64,000 nt of DNA from Octopus bimaculoides (Eukaryota), in contig NC_068990.1 in assembly GCF_001194135.2 (NCBI RefSeq), positions 17,466,795-17,530,794 of the forward strand, written 5' to 3'. Below the pieces are notes generated by a model. That model was not told the DNA's origin, did no database searches, and saw only the letters and a list, made by a program, of their open reading frames with translations. This document shows, in pieces, positions 63,651-64,000 of this stretch; positions within the stretch are counted from its first letter, which is position 1; each line of letters begins with the position of its first letter. Both the position numbers and the translations under genes were made by a program.

Positions 63651-64000
63651 TAACTCTTTTATTTGTTTCAGTCATATGACTGCGTCCATGCTGGAGCACT
63701 GCCTTTAGTCAAGCAAATCGACCCCAGGACTTATGGTTTGTAAGCCTAATATTTATTCTATCATTCTCTTTTGCTGAACCGCTATCATCATCATCATCGT
63801 TTAACGTCCGCTTTCCATGCTAGCATGGGTTGGACGATTTGACTGAGGACTGGTGAAACCGGATGGCAACACCAGGCTCCAATCTAATTTGGCAGAGTTT
63901 CTACAGCTGGATGCCCTTCCTAACGCCAACCACTCAGAGAGTGTAGTGGGTGCTTTTACGTGTCACCCGCACGAAAACGGCCACGCTCGAAATGGTGTCT

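Overview
This is a eukaryotic, AT-rich, microsatellite-dense genomic window with about a dozen assembly gaps, most of them flanked by (TA)n or (CA)n. The repeat content suggests an octopus or other coleoid mollusc scaffold; that assignment is inference only. The one host protein-coding feature I can support is the first coding exon of an integrin alpha gene (minus strand, 36167-35959). It sits in a roughly 12 kb CpG-retaining block (about 28.4-40.7 kb) between CpG-depleted flanks. The rest is layered mobile DNA: two Penelope-like element (PLE) fragments, remnants of Tc1, pogo/Tigger and maT transposases, HERO and RTE LINE remnants, piggyBac-like and hAT-like MITEs, several SINE families and a decayed tRNA-Gln gene. 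Five hammerhead-ribozyme motifs occur in three different element types. The most notable is an intact minimal hammerhead inside a short element with a tRNA-like (Pol III B-box) head at about 61.5-61.8 kb. Nearly all supplied ORFs are microsatellite or N-run artefacts. All identifications are by eye; no database search was run.
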